NCBI GenBank assembly: GCA_040954595.2
Contig: CM082576.2
Span: forward strand, 20,259,028-20,323,027
Source: Balanoglossus misakiensis
Taxonomy: Eukaryota; Animalia; Hemichordata
Direction of reading: 5' to 3'
DNA length: 64,000 nt
Of the stretch, positions 1 to 12,705 are shown one piece after another. Every line of letters begins with the position of its first letter. Position 1 is the stretch's first letter. The notes below the pieces were generated by a model, which ran no database searches, was not told the origin of the DNA, and worked only from the letters and a program-made list of their open reading frames with translations. The translations under genes were made by a program, and so were the position numbers.

Positions 1-1245
1 AGAATGTTTTGCCTAAAAATGACCTTTTTGGTGCAATAACGAATAAAACGCAATTTTGTATTTAATCAGCTCATTCACAGTGCATATTTTATTATCAGCA
101 CCATTTTTACATATAATGGAAATTTCATACATCATCAGATATCCAAATATGAAAAAATGATTTAGATTTTAGATGATTGTCCAAAATTAGCTGATATCTA
201 ATAAATGTAGTATTGAACCGTTCTGTTCCCCCCCCCCCCTACATTATATGCGGTACGCCGATGTCAGCTTACCCGGCAGTACTGCAGGCCGTGCCCCCAA
301 CTAACGTCGGTGTTTGAAACGCCGTGGTTAAATTCGGGCTTTCTCTATAAATTGACAGGCAATAATGCAGTCCTACCCGAACAAATGTCAAGTGTTGAAC
401 CGCTGTGACTTTCCCTCTTCGGTTTGCCCGATTAGCCAACGTCTTTGTACTAGAGTGTCGGGTCTTTTGCAGAGCCAGGCCGAAGGAAATCCGACTTGAT
501 CACCGTTGCTAACGAACGCTAGTGTCTGTCATGGTGTGCCGGGGTTTTAGTCGAGCCAGGCCGTAGGAGATCTGACTTGATCATCGTGGTCAATGTACGC
601 GTGTTTCCGCTCTAAAGTGCCGGGGCTTCAGCTAAACCAGGCCGTAGGAAATCCGACGTAATCACCGTTGATAACTTACGCCAGTCTGTGTCATATAGTG
701 CCGGTGCACCAGCCGAGTCACGCCGTAGGAAATCTGACTTGATCAACGTGGTCAATGAACGCCTGTTTCTGCTCTAGAGTGCAGGGGCTTCAGCTGAGCC
801 AGGCCGTAGGAAACCCGACGTGATTACCATTGTTAACTTACGCCAGTCTGTGTCCTATATATAGTGCCGGGGCATCAGCCGTGCCAGGCCGAAGGAAATG
901 TGAGTAGATCAACGTGGTCTCTGTACGCGTGTTTCTGCTCTAGAGTGCCAGGGCTTTAGCCAAGCCATGCCGTAGGAAATCTGACTTGATCAACGTTGCT
1001 AACGAATGCTAGTGTCTGTCATAGTGTGCCGGGGTTTCAGTCGAGCCAAGCCGTAGGAGATCAGACTTGATCAACGTGGTCTCTGTACGCGTGTTTCTGC
1101 TCTAGAGTGCCGGGGCTTTATCCAAGCCATGCCGTAGAAAATCTGACTTGATCACCGTTGCTAACGTACGCTAGTGTCTGTCATATTGTGACGGAGATTT
1201 AGCCAAGCCAGGCCCTAGAAAAATCGACTTGTTCAACGTTACCAG
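1..1245. repeat. Macrosatellite unit 1 (partial): AT-rich block, poly-C, GC-rich block and ~10 x 81-bp subrepeats
   Basis: Near-identical to blocks at 11455-11981 and 19475-24902. The motif ccgtaggaaatctgacttgatc recurs about every 81 bp (approx. 479, 561, 642, 723, 804, 889, 970, 1051, 1132, 1213). Confidence 0.95.
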
Positions 1246-1632
1246 TGTAGTAACCTCGATGTGCCGTCTCAAATGGTGCCCTAATTCACATCAAAGGCCA
1301 CAGGGTTCTATAGTATTTGCCGTTAACTAACTGGAGCTCACCATCGCCGACGAACATTCCTTGTCAGATGTCACAGAAAACGCTGCTCGGAACTTTACAC
1401 GAACATTTAATGACTGAACACACAACACTGGCACTGGATGATGCGTCGCGGTGGTTGAAGTTTCCGTAGAAAACTGGCAAAAATCCCCAGGCTAACTGTG
1501 CAAAAGTCCTCACATGTGCGCCATGGAATTTTCCAGATATTTTCTAAACAAAAGCGCATGCGCTAATGTACTCACAGCGCGAGGGCGCTAGACTAAATAT
1601 TTCAGTTTCTCTAAGAACTGGGCGTCCTTACA
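1246..1632 (-). repeat. BEL-1 3' LTR (387 bp)
   Basis: tgtagtaacc...gtccttaca. Differs from 10268-10653 by about 6 substitutions and 1 indel (counted by eye). Confidence 0.95.
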
Positions 1633-1644
1633 CCAGCCCCCAAA
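1633..1644 (-). promoter_or_regulatory. BEL-1 polypurine-tract-like site
   Basis: The minus strand reads TTTGGGGGCTGG immediately before the 3' LTR TGTAAG. Confidence 0.75.
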
Positions 1645-2000
1645 TTGTTCATCAAAAAACATTAACACTTTCCATCCTAGCAAATTCAAAACGCCAACAT
1701 CCATATGTGCCGAAATTACATATCAAATAGAAATTACAAAACAATATCTATAAATATCTCGAAACGCGAAGTCGAAAGTTTTTCAGGAAACGCGAATACA
1801 AGAATCCTTTTCTTCATGAATGTGATGATACATCCTAGACCATGCCCAGACCTCGTCCGGTCAATCATGCTGCCAAGCATGATATCCAACACATCTGTAC
1901 TTCAAAGATGAGATCAAACGCTGGACGTAGTGGATAGACTGGCCACTACTTGAGATCGTTGTTATTACAGCTGCTGGTAACTGCAACCATACCAATACCA

Positions 2001-5000
2001 CTAAGTCTGTGCTTCCAACAATGTGCACAACTTATCATATGGTCTTTCTAAAACACTGGATCTGGTCTTCACCAATACTCGTCTCACCACCCCTTTCCGA
2101 TCAGGCATAACTTTGACGATTACACCCAAAGGCCACGCATTTCTGGAGGTGTTCTCCTCCTTTTCCAATACAAATCTGACAGATACTGCACTTGCTTCCA
2201 TCTGTGTACAGCATACAAGTCGTTCTTCTCCGTCACACCAGGGGGTGTTGCTACTCCCTTCATAGTAAGCAACATACTGGGTGTCAATGCTTTTGAGTCT
2301 CTAGCGTCGTCCGACGATACTGTAATCTCATGCGGTCCATCTGTACGACGACTTTTGTTCTTGGCACATCTCAACAATGTGTCACCCACTTTACGTATCC
2401 AGGCCACTGCTTACTTCAGTTTATACCAACTGGAGTAGTGGTCTATCATTTTCTGAACCGTCTCCTCCGCATTAACGGACATGGATCGATCCGCCCCTTT
2501 GTCAGGCGTCTGTCGTTCTCCCGAAACAACAGGTACTGTTCCCAACACACGGGTACAGTTTCTTCTTCCGACCTCAAGGCTATTCTATGCACTAGTGCAG
2601 ATTTCTTCACCTCTGGATCTTCTGGATCTAGCTGTGTATTGTAGCTATCACTTGGCCATTTGCCTTGTGTCTTCCGCAAGAAATCAGGACCACCTATCCA
2701 TCTTTCGTTCTTCAGAAAAGCATCTATTTTCTGACCTCTAGAGCACTCATCTGCCGGGTTGTCACTGGTATTAATGTAGCGCCAGTTCGCTGGGTCTGAT
2801 CCTCCTCGAATCACTGCTAGTCTATTCGCCACGAAGGCATGAAATCTTGTGGTTTCGTTGTTTATGTACCGCAGCACGGTTTTGCTATCCGTTCAAAACA
2901 CGGATTCATTGATTGGCAAATCCATCTCCTTTCTGAGAAGTTTGTCAAGCCTCACTGCTACAGTAGCTGCAGTTAATTCCATTCGTGGGATCGATATTTG
3001 CTTCAATGGAGCCACTCTTGCTTTGGCCATCATCAAAGTGCTGTGGATGTTTCCGCTTTTGTCGATCAACCTAAGATATGATACAGTGCCATATCCATTT
3101 TCGCTGGCATCAGCAATGTGATGTAGCTGAGCTGTGTCTACTTCACCAAAGTGCTCGGGCTTTATACATCTGGGTACTGGGAAACACTCTTCTAATTTCG
3201 GTAGATCCCTCAACCAATTCTCCCACACTTTGCGTTGTTTTCCAGGAATATCATCATCCCAGCCTAGTTTTGCTTTACACAGCTGCTGCAAAAGCATCTT
3301 GGGTGGCAGAAGCGCTGGTGCTGCCATGCCCAGTGGGTCGTATAATGAACTAACCACTCCCAGAATTCCTCGTCTGGTCGCTGGTTTCTCTTTAGTACGA
3401 TTTCTGAATCCGAATTCGTCAGATTCCACGTTCCATTGCATACCGAGTGCATGCTCCATTGGCAAGTCATCTCGCTCCAAGTCTAAGTTCTTCACCTCTA
3501 TCGCCCTTCGTTCTTCAGGTATTGCTTCCAAAACTGGACGCGTATTGCTGATCCACTTTGTGAGCTTGAACCCTGATTTCTTACAGGTGTCTGTCAGCCC
3601 TTCAGCCAAAGACTTTCCTTCCATCACTGTTGATGCTGCCTTCAACATGTCATCAACGTAGAAGTTTCTAGATATGGTGTTCTTGACACTCAGATCAGAA
3701 GTATTGTCTTAAGCTTTCTTCAACGCGAAGTTTGCACAACTGGGTGACGATGTAGCCCCGAAGATGTGCACTGTCATTCGGTACTCGACAGGAGGTTCCT
3801 CTACATTACCATTAGGCCACCACAGAAAACGCTGGAAATCTCGGTTTTCTTGCGACACGCCAACTTGAGAGAACATAGCCTGTATATCTGACATCAGTGC
3901 TATCCGCTCTTCACGAAAACGTATAAGCACTCCTACAAGTGAACTGGTCAGATCCGGTCCTTGCATTAATTCCTTGTTCAAAGAAGTTCCCTTGTATTCT
4001 GCACCACAGTCGAAGACTACCCGGATTTTCTGTTTCTGTGGATGGTATACTCCATGATGGGGAAGATACCATTTCTTTCCAGGATTGCCTTCCAATTCTT
4101 CCTGTGGCACCCTTTCAGCATAGCCTTTGTCTATAATACTTTCCATGAAGGTAGTATATTCTTGACGATAGTCATCGTTGTTTCTAAATTTCTTTCCCAA
4201 CTGAGAAAGCCGATATTCTACTGCCACTTTGTTGTTTGGCATCGTAACACCGTCATCACGAAACGGTAATGGCACCTGGTAATGACCATCAACAAACTGC
4301 GTTTGTTCGTACGCAATCCTCATGAACTTTCTATCTTCAACCGAAACTTCGGGTTTGTCATTTATGATGCGCTCGCTGAACTCGTGATTGAAGAGGTTGA
4401 TTAACTGCTGATCAATCGCCGGTCCAACTTGTATTCCACAGACTGTTGCGGCAGTTTCATTTTCTGACACGCCAGCCCCCGTAAGGAAACCATTTACGAA
4501 CCAGCCTAAACGGGTACGTACGGCAAATGGTCCATCTCCATTACTGTTTATCACTTCCCATGGTTCAAACGCTTCAGGAACGTTACCACCGATGAGTAGG
4601 CCTATTTCCGCATCTATCTCAGGCAGGCGTACCTTACGCAAATAAGGATACTTGCCAATGTCATCTTGTGTAACGATGAGATCTTTCGAAGCAGGAATTT
4701 TCTCTTGCGTATATGTAGCTGGAAGTTTGATGATGTAATGCTCATCAAGATCTGAAACTTCTAGACCCTTGATAACACGACTATCAGCTGATTTACTTCC
4801 AGTGATAGTGTTCAGCATAATCTTTGTTTTCTTACCACCGACGTTCAGTTGTCGACGAAGTGTTTCCGTACAGAATACTGTGTCACTGCCGTTGTCAATA
4901 AAGGCGTACGTTTGTACACTAAGACCACTCGATCTACATTTGACCTTGACGGGAATAATCACGGGTTTATATGCACACTCTCCATTCCCCGCAGATCTAC

Positions 5001-5619
5001 ATGATGCGTCAATCATCCCCACATTCGTTAACACGGGTTTTCCAGACTGGTCTTTGGTTTTGTTGAAGTGCAACACGGTCAGATGCAGCTTGCCACATTT
5101 TTCACAAGTCAGCTTGCTTGTACAGTCTTTCACCATATGTTTTCCATCTTTCAGGCAACCAAAACATAACCCTTTTGTTTTTATGAGCCGTTTCTTGTCA
5201 TCGTAAGCCTTGGAGGCAAACACTTGACAGTCTTGAAATTCATGTGTACTGTCTGCACAACACAAACACGGAGTAACAGTCTCTGTGCTGACTGTGTAGG
5301 CGTTGCGTCTTTGTGTACCACTAGTTGCTTTCTTGATGTTCTTTGCTCCCTTGTCCTTGGATGGAATGCTGGCGAGGTTACCAAACACCTCTTGGGACAT
5401 TATCTTGGCTTCCCTGTTGACAAATTCCACAAGATCTTTGAACTGCACTGATCGTTGTTGTACGATACTGTATGTTCTGCTGCGCCACCGGTCTCTCAAC
5501 TTGAAAGGCAGTTTGTAAACCAACATTTGCAAGTTTTTGTAGTGGTTGAGCTCTCTCAGATGTGATTCACCTTTCATAGCATTTTCACACTTGGTCAAGA
5601 AAAGAGCGAAATCTTTCAA
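2001..5619 (-). pseudogene. BEL-1 gag C-terminus/pol (Zn knuckles, aspartic protease, RT, RNase H, integrase remnants), disrupted
   Basis: CLCC..H...C / CFGCL..H..C / CEKC..H...LH knuckles. Protease FIDNGSD. RT YLPHHGV, RVVFD, GPDL, HIFGATSSP and NFYVDD (~3650-3667). RNase H LHHIADASENGYG and ARVAP..IPRMEL. FVANR, NPADECSRG and C-terminal WPLGVIVKV..RPYDKLC. Stop at 3709-3711, frameshifts, and most of the integrase HHCC/DDE core is missing. Confidence 0.93.
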
Positions 5620-6466
5620 AGCGGTCTTATCCTCGGATTTCTGCTTGCTTGGTGTAGGCTCTGGCCGTCACGTATGGATTGCCGAACTCAGTTTCAAGCA
5701 ATTTTCTGGCTCTTTCGTATCCTTCATTCGCTTCCATGTGAATGCAACTGCTCACTATTTCTCTCGGTTCACCACGTGTATACTGCTCCAAGTAATACAA
5801 ACGATCATCAGGATCTTCAGTGTTAGATTCTATGTCATGCCGAAAGGCACGTATAAATGATTTATACTGCAATGGGTCCCCATCGAACACGGGTATCGAT
5901 TGCGGTGGTAAAGCGGCACGCTTGTTATGCTCAAACAACAGTTTAGTAACTGTGGCTAGGTTATGATCACTACAGGAACTGTGGCTGCTATTGCTACCTG
6001 TACACGAACCAAGGTCAGGACTGAATTTCGTCTGCTTGTTTACATCGGGTTTTCTTTTTTCTGGACTGCATACAATGCTGTCGACAGGACTATCAGACTT
6101 AGTAACGTTGGGACTATCACATGTGTGGAAACTACCCAAGTTGCTAGCACTTGAACTCTTCATCTTGATGTTGCCCCGAAATGCAGCGGGTGTCTTAAAG
6201 AGATCTTGTAGGTTGTATTCTTGTAAACTACTTTCATCTTCACCATTTTCAAAATGACGATACACTTCGATTATTGCATTCTGTTCAGCAATTTCTGTTT
6301 TGATTTCCAACAATTGTTTTTGTTTGTTTATTTTGGATTGTTCTTCGTTTATTTTGAATTCCAATTCGTCTAATTTCTGTTTTTCCTCCAAACCTGCCAT
6401 ACGAGTCATCAGTTCTGCCCGTTTCACTGCGGCTGCGATTATAGATGCCTTGCTATTAATACTACT
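5620..6466 (-). pseudogene. BEL-1 gag, middle part
   Basis: LPPQSIPVFDGDPLQYKSFIRAF...LYYLEQYTRGEP motif typical of BEL gag. In frame with 9455-9989 once the 6467-9454 insertion and its TSD are removed. Confidence 0.9.
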
Positions 6467-9454
6467 CAGTCTGATTTCAGGGTACCTAATTTACATGCAT
6501 TTGCATAAAATCATTTCAAATGAACAGCGCCCCCGTGCTTAAGTATGTGTCCGTTAGGATTTTTTTCCGAGGTACCGATAATCTCACTTTTCCAGCTTAA
6601 TACTGCGTTAGAAGAATTATTCTCATCCCGAAACTGACGTATACCCGGTAAGTTGCTGTTTCTATCATATTTCACGCCATTGTTAGTCCAAAGAATTAGG
6701 TTATACGCGTTTCGAGTGGTGTGCCCGTACGGACTTTCACGATTTTTCCGTGATTTTCAACACTGCCCCGCGTCTAAGTGCCGGTTTTTAAAAATCGAAA
6801 ATTGACATAAATCGTTGAGTTGATTATTGTTTTATCGAAATTTGCGTATTTTTAGTCTGCTCAAGGTCCGGAAAAATTGCGAACGCCTGTTTACTGAATG
6901 TGTGTATGTACCGTGTTCTAACATGGCGGCGGAAGGAATCCATACCCGGAAGTAGCGAATGCGCGACTGTGGCAAGCTATTTTAGATCATTATGTCCCGG
7001 TCCAATTTCGTAATTTTCTTGCTGAGAGCTCTGATTGGACATGATTTTTGGCGCAATGATGGGACAGTAGGTGTCCAGACGTCATCGTAGACCTTAAAGG
7101 GACAAAGTCTCTCTCTAGCTGCCTTTTTTCCATTAATTATATTTGATACAAGACACCGTTTGTTATTCTACATGTGGATATATAGTGAATCAACGTTCAA
7201 CCACACACAACTTCCATCCATCTTATAGACAGGAGAGTGAAAAAACTCGCCAAAATGAATAATCGTTCTTTACCATTTATTCATTTTGGGCGAGTTTTTA
7301 CTCTCATATCTTACAAGTGGGATGGAAGTTGTGTGTGGTCGAATGTAGATTTACTATATATCCACATGTACATTAACATAAACAGTGTCTTGTATCAAAC
7401 ATAATTAGTGGAAAAAGGGCAGCGAGAGAGAGACTTTGTCCCTTTAAGTAAGCGCGCCGGAGGGAAAGTTTCCCGGGCAGCATCATTCCTTGCTTGGCGT
7501 GCACTGTTGCAGCAGTGTCGTGTGTGTGTGGAAGCCGGAGCAAGTGTTTCTCAAATCTCTTGTTGAGAACTTCACCAATAATTATCGTACGCCTTATAGT
7601 TTGTTTCTTTGTCTTTCAGGAGACAACGAAGAAAGAAGTGCGTCTGTGCTGATCGATCGGTGTTTTACTTTTAGTGAGTCTGCGTGTAGTGTGGTTGGTG
7701 GCCAGTTCCCACACTTTTTTGCATTCAGGAGTTTCCTTTATTAATCTTGCTTTCCTCAGTTGTTACCTTTTATATATTATATTGTATTTATTTGACAATA
7801 AAAATTAAAAAGGTAAATTTCATTAACTGTTATTGTTTGAGTATTACTGAACAGGCATTTTCCAGTCTGTGTAGGAGTAGTCTGTGTGGTTTTAGCTTGA
7901 CTGACAATTGTCTAGTCTGCACTGTGCAGAGTTTTTGTGAACTGATATTTAGTCTAGTCTTTGCAGGGTGTGTGTGTGTGTGTGAACTGGCATTTGTCTG
8001 GGCTGTCTGTGCAGAGTGACAGTGAAAGGCTTTTGTCCAGTCTGGGCATAGTAACTGATTGGGCATTTATCAGTCTGTCTATGCAAGTCATATTTTTCTA
8101 TAGTCATTTTCAGTCTTTTAACTGCAACATACTTTGTCTTTGTGAAGCTTTTCATAATGGTGAGAAAGGGGTCGTTTGTGTTTTCCTCCAAGAGTAGAGA
8201 TAGTTTGCTGGTTTTAAATAGACTGCTGAGGTCTATGGCAAATGCCACAGATGGAAGGAATAACATTCTAAACTCCATAAAGACCACTATACATAACAAA
8301 CTGTGAAAACACTAGAAGTGGTAAAAACACCAGTAGAAGTTATATTGACAGAGTAAGTGAAGATGATTCAATTCTAGAAATGATTATGAATGAAGAAATG
8401 GTGGATACTTTTGAAACGTTTGACATACTAGAGATAGAAGAGGTAGAACAGGAATACCAATTACCTGAGGAAGATTTACAAGAGAGTACAACAAATGCAT
8501 ATGAAAAATGATACAAATAATTACAGTGATTATTCAGATATGGAGTTAGAAAACTAAATGTAGAATTATAAGGCTGGCAATAATTTTATTGATTGAAAAA
8601 ATATACATAAAATTCTTAAATTAGAAATAATCAAAAAGAAAAAAAAATGTTTTTAAAAATTGCCAAATTACCAATCAATGTCAGAAAAAGGAGAGTTGGA
8701 CCAGTGTAGTCTGTTGTAGTACACCATGATTTCATTGTCAGATACACCTCACAGTCACCACTATGCATACTATGTACATACTGTCTATGCAGACCGCCAC
8801 TTATCCGGGTTAATCTCTAAAACACATGAATATCCATTGTCAAAACCTAGGCTGTTATCGAGCATTGATTGTCTCATAACTCATCTGCAATGTTATGTTC
8901 AGTGTAAAGTCCCGGCAGACTGCCGGGGACTGTGATTTGATCTGCCGAGTTTCCGTGTTACGCAATCGAAACACCCTTACGGAGGTCCTATACATATAGT
9001 ATGTTGCTTGAGAGGTCACATTCAACACTGCCCCGCGCCAAAGTGCTTCACCGTAGGCAAACCAAACTTGGCACAGTTATAGCTAATACATAGACCATGT
9101 GAAAAACCGTATTTACGCTTCTGCTCAAGACCCTCTAATTTTTGTATCGCTTCTCAAAAATTAGCATTCACATTCATAACATCGTACGATCGAGTCACTG
9201 CCACATCGCCAGTATGCAGGGTTTCAAAATAATTTATTACAGCTGAAACGAGCGTCATAAAACGTAAGACAACATCTTTTAGACAATAATTGGTGGAAAA
9301 CGAACCTTGTCATCCAAAATTAAAGCGTGTACACCTCTTTTCATGCCAGCATGCAGGTTTCAAGTTTTCGGTAGGCCGCCATATTGGATAGAAGTGAAAA
9401 CGAGGCTCTCTGTTGTAAGATTTTGGCGAATTTCAATAGGCTGAGATCAGACTG
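6467..9454. mobile_element. ~3-kb non-autonomous TIR DNA transposon inserted in BEL-1 gag (superfamily unresolved)
   Basis: TIR cagtctgatttcag / ctgagatcagactg (13/14). TSD is TACT (4 bp) or tactact/tactacc (7 bp, one mismatch). Removal restores the gag frame. Internal direct repeat ttcaacactgccccgcg at ~6756 and ~9021. Confidence 0.85.
7098..7443. mobile_element. Palindromic MITE with TTAA TSD (Kolobok-like)
   Basis: TTAA-agggacaaagtctctctct...agagagagactttgtccct-TTAA, almost entirely self-complementary. Second copy at 54668-55012. Confidence 0.88.
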
Positions 9455-9989
9455 TACTACCACGTGAGGACACGTGTGATGACACTCTGCTTGATCTTGC
9501 TGATTTAAATCTAGGTGTCTTACTACCAATATGGGACACGCTATCTTCTGGCCCCACAGTGTCTGCCAACATGGAATCATGCAGCCCATGGCGAAATAGC
9601 CAGGTGTCAACTACATGCTGAAATTCATCAAACCCAGTCATACGTGGTAATGACCAACTGGTATACATATGTTGTTTTTCTTTTTCATCCAATGACTCAT
9701 GGTATTTGACATCAGCCTCTTTGAAGTTTTCAAAGGCAACTTCACATTCTTTCATTTTAGTTTTCACCAAAATACCATTGACTTTATCTTCCATCAGAGA
9801 TGTTATCTGATTCATCAATGTTGTTACTCTACCATAGATGTGTGATCTGGTAGTTTTCAATCTTTCTCTTTCAGCTTCTTTGTGCTTGTCTGTTTTTATG
9901 GAGACACGCTTGGTGTTTTCTGGATTACCAGTAAACAAATCATTTTTCTCTGTTTCCACCATGACCTTTGTATCATCATTGGTGGCCAT
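9455..9989 (-). pseudogene. BEL-1 gag N-terminus
   Basis: ORF MATNDD...DTVGPEDSVSHIGS..SSRVSS (PEDSVS motif common in BEL gag), downstream of the 5' LTR and truncated by the insertion. Confidence 0.85.
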
Positions 9990-10256
9990 TTTGCTTCTTA
10001 TTCTGTATAAATTCACTGTGCTGAATGATACCCAATGCGCCCTGTACGTACGATATGCGCGGTCGAGTACTAGTATGACACAATGACCTTGAAGCTTCTG
10101 ACATGCGCAGTGGCGTCTTGACCACGAACGCCAGTTTTCCTCAGCTGAGCCGAGTCCAATGTACTGCTAGACAGGAAAATACTGATAATAAATCGCTGTC
10201 CTACCAGATTCTTTCTACCAATCTTCCGAAGGTGACAGTTTCTGCCCGGTCGATCA

Positions 10257-10267
10257 CAGTTTTCTAC
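10257..10267 (-). promoter_or_regulatory. Non-tRNA primer-binding site candidate GTAGAAAACTG
   Basis: Directly abuts the 5' LTR, lacks TGG, and is the exact complement of LTR sequence at 10488-10498. Confidence 0.6.
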
Positions 10268-10653
10268 TGTAGTAACCTCGATGTGCCGTCTCAAATGGCG
10301 CCCTAATTCACATCAAAGGCCACAGGGTTCTATAGTATTTGCCGTTAACTAACTGGAGCTCACCATCGCCGACGAACATTCCTTGTCAGATGTCACAGAA
10401 AACGCTGCTCGGAACTTTACACGAACATTTAATGACTGAACATACAACACTGGCACTGGATGATGCGTCGCGGTGGTTGAAGTTTCCGTAGAAAACTGCC
10501 AAAATCCCCAGGCTAACTGTGCACATCTCCTCACATGTGCGCCATGGAATTTTCCAGATATTTTCTAAACAAAAGCGCATGCGCTAATGTACTCACAGCG
10601 CGAGGGCGCTAGACTAAATATTTCAGTTTCTCTAAGAACTGGGCGTCCTTACA
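10268..10653 (-). repeat. BEL-1 5' LTR (386 bp)
   Basis: Direct copy of 1246-1632. The minus strand has a CAGTT initiator-like motif and a downstream ATTAAA. Confidence 0.95.
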
Positions 10654-10658
10654 ACCAG

Positions 10659-11981
10659 TGTGCAACTATAGTGTCAGGGTTTTAGCCGACTTATGCAGTA
10701 GGAAATCTGAGTTGATGAACGGGAATTCAATGTTAGAAAACCCGTGTGGAAAGTATCTCTACCCGTTTGAAACTAAGAAAAGAATTTATTCTTATTTATT
10801 TTGTAAAAAAGACAATTTTTCGAAAAAAAGTCGAAAATGGTAATTTTGTCTTGGGTGATTCAAATTATACCGCCTTTTCTGGAATTTGCAGCACTTTTTA
10901 CAAGAGAACGACACTTCATGCTCCATAATATTTCCGAAAATGAAGAAAAGAGTTAATTTTTTATGATTTTTTAAAAATTTACCATTTGTGTCAAAATATG
11001 GCCAAAATGGCTATTTTTTCTTGAATTCCGTCAATATCTCTGCATTTTTGGAGTGGTCGAAAGTTTTAACATACAATCAACATGTCATATATGATCAGGG
11101 CACCAAATTCGAAGAACAAAGGTTTTTTTTATTTTTCTTCTAAAAATGACATTTTCAAGAAAAATTTGGTAAAACGCAATTTTGTCTGAAGTGAGCCAAA
11201 TTAGACGGTCTTTTGTGGAATTTGTATCGATATATATATACGAAGAGCATTCTATACTCCATCAGATTTCCGAAAATGTAGAAAACAGGTATTTTTTGTA
11301 ATTTTCAAAAATTTACCATTTTGACCAAATTGTGGCTAAAATTGTTATTTTCGTGTTAAATGCCGCCAGTGTCACTGCTTTTAAAAGTCATAAAAACTTT
11401 TAACATACAAGCAATTGTTTATATATGATCAGGTCACCGAATTAAAAAAATAAAGAATGTTTTGCCTAAAAATGACCTTTTACGTGCAAAAACGAATAAA
11501 ACGTAATTTTGTATTAAATCAGCTCATTCAGAGTGCATTTTTTATAATCAGCAATATTTTTACATATAATGGAAATTTCATACATCATCAGATATCCAAA
11601 TATGAAAAAATGATTTAGATTTTAGATGATTGTCCAAAATTAGCTGATATCTAATAAATGTAGTATTGAACCGTTCTGTTCCCCCCCCCCCCTACATTAT
11701 ATGCGGTACGCCGATGTCAGCTTACCCGGCAGTACTGCAGGCCGTGCCCCCAACTAACGTCGGTGTTTGAAACGCCCTGGTTAAATTTGGGCTTTCTCTA
11801 GAAATTGACAGGCAATAATGCAGTCCTACCCGAACAAATGTCAAGTGTTGAACCGCTGTGACTTTCCCTCTTCTGTTTGCCGGACTTAGCCAACGTCTTT
11901 AGCTTCAGCTAAACCAGGCCGTAGGAAATCCGACGTAATCACCGTTGACAACTTACGCCAGTCTGTGTCATATAGAGCCGG
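10659..11981. repeat. Macrosatellite (end of unit 1, first part of unit 2)
   Basis: Same AT-rich block and poly-C as other units, with an internal deletion near 11900 relative to other units. Confidence 0.93.
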
Positions 11982-12639
11982 TGTAAGTGCAGTCCTCCCT
12001 GATTGGATGGCTGTGTGTGCAGGTGCACATGCACATAGTGGTTATCCAATATGCAAATTTCCTTTTCACTATAAATTGGCACCTCGCCAGTGTGCAAGTT
12101 TTCATTTCATCGTCAGGCCTTCTAGGCTACATGTTTGTGAGCACTGCACTGCATGCTTTTTGAACCCCTAAAAGCGTCACCATCTGCGGTAAGACTTTCC
12201 TGTTTTATTTAGCGATACAGAGCGGTCTTTCAACAGAAGCAGCGGCTATCCAGGACGCAGACTACTTCATTTATAAACCATTAATTTTGAGCGATTGAGT
12301 AGAATTGATTTGAATTTACTTACCTGTAAACGCTGTATTTTTGGAATTTGCTTTGTAATTGAGTTTGAACTTCTGTATCGGCATTTTACATTTACCTTTG
12401 AATACTTACTTGAATTTATTTCGTCTATGTATTTGTTTATACAGAACCGTGTTGTACCCGTGTTATACCAGTGTTATACCAGTATTAGAACCGTGTTATT
12501 ACGTCGTGCATGGTCTATTTTGTATGCACCGAACAGTTTGCTCCTCGTAGACAGTAAAATAAAAGGAGAATTTTTATACAACACGAGTGTCCAGAGTGTG
12601 TACTCCAGGGGCCCATGCAAGTAGGAATTGGATCCTACA
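11982..12639 (+). repeat. Putative BEL-2 5' LTR
   Basis: TGTA...TACA ends, TATAAA at ~12070, AATAAA at ~12558. No second copy exists to confirm the right boundary. Confidence 0.7.
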
Positions 12640-12705
12640 TAGTTCTCAGAAGACGTTGGACTGAAACCTGGTGTAACCGTGTACTAGCAGATACATTAGA
12701 AAGTC

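Larger units (their letters stand above)
1246..10653 (-). mobile_element. BEL/Pao LTR retrotransposon (BEL-1), both termini intact, internally degenerate
   Basis: Two direct TG...CA LTRs. 5-bp TSD ACCAG at 1241-1245 and 10654-10658. The empty site gttaccagtgtgcaac is seen in other satellite units (~19995, ~23561). Gag-PR-RT-RH-IN order with BEL-type motifs. Confidence 0.96.

Noticed and set aside
470-1245. 81-bp periodic array as a CRISPR array or a 27-aa coding repeat
   Set aside because: The intervening sequences are homologous to each other rather than unique spacers. There are no cas genes, the context is eukaryotic, and no long ORF spans the array.
1463-1476. LTR motif ccgtagaaaactg resembling satellite ccgtag(g/a)aaatctg
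   Set aside because: Short, imperfect and not at the insertion site. Likely coincidence.
1633-2000. Possible env-like third ORF in BEL-1
   Set aside because: Only ~370 bp, with no suitable minus-strand ORF.
12640-12660. Self-priming site in BEL-2
   Set aside because: TAGTTCTCAGAAG has only a gapped partial complement in the LTR (~12119-12129), and the LTR end is unconfirmed.
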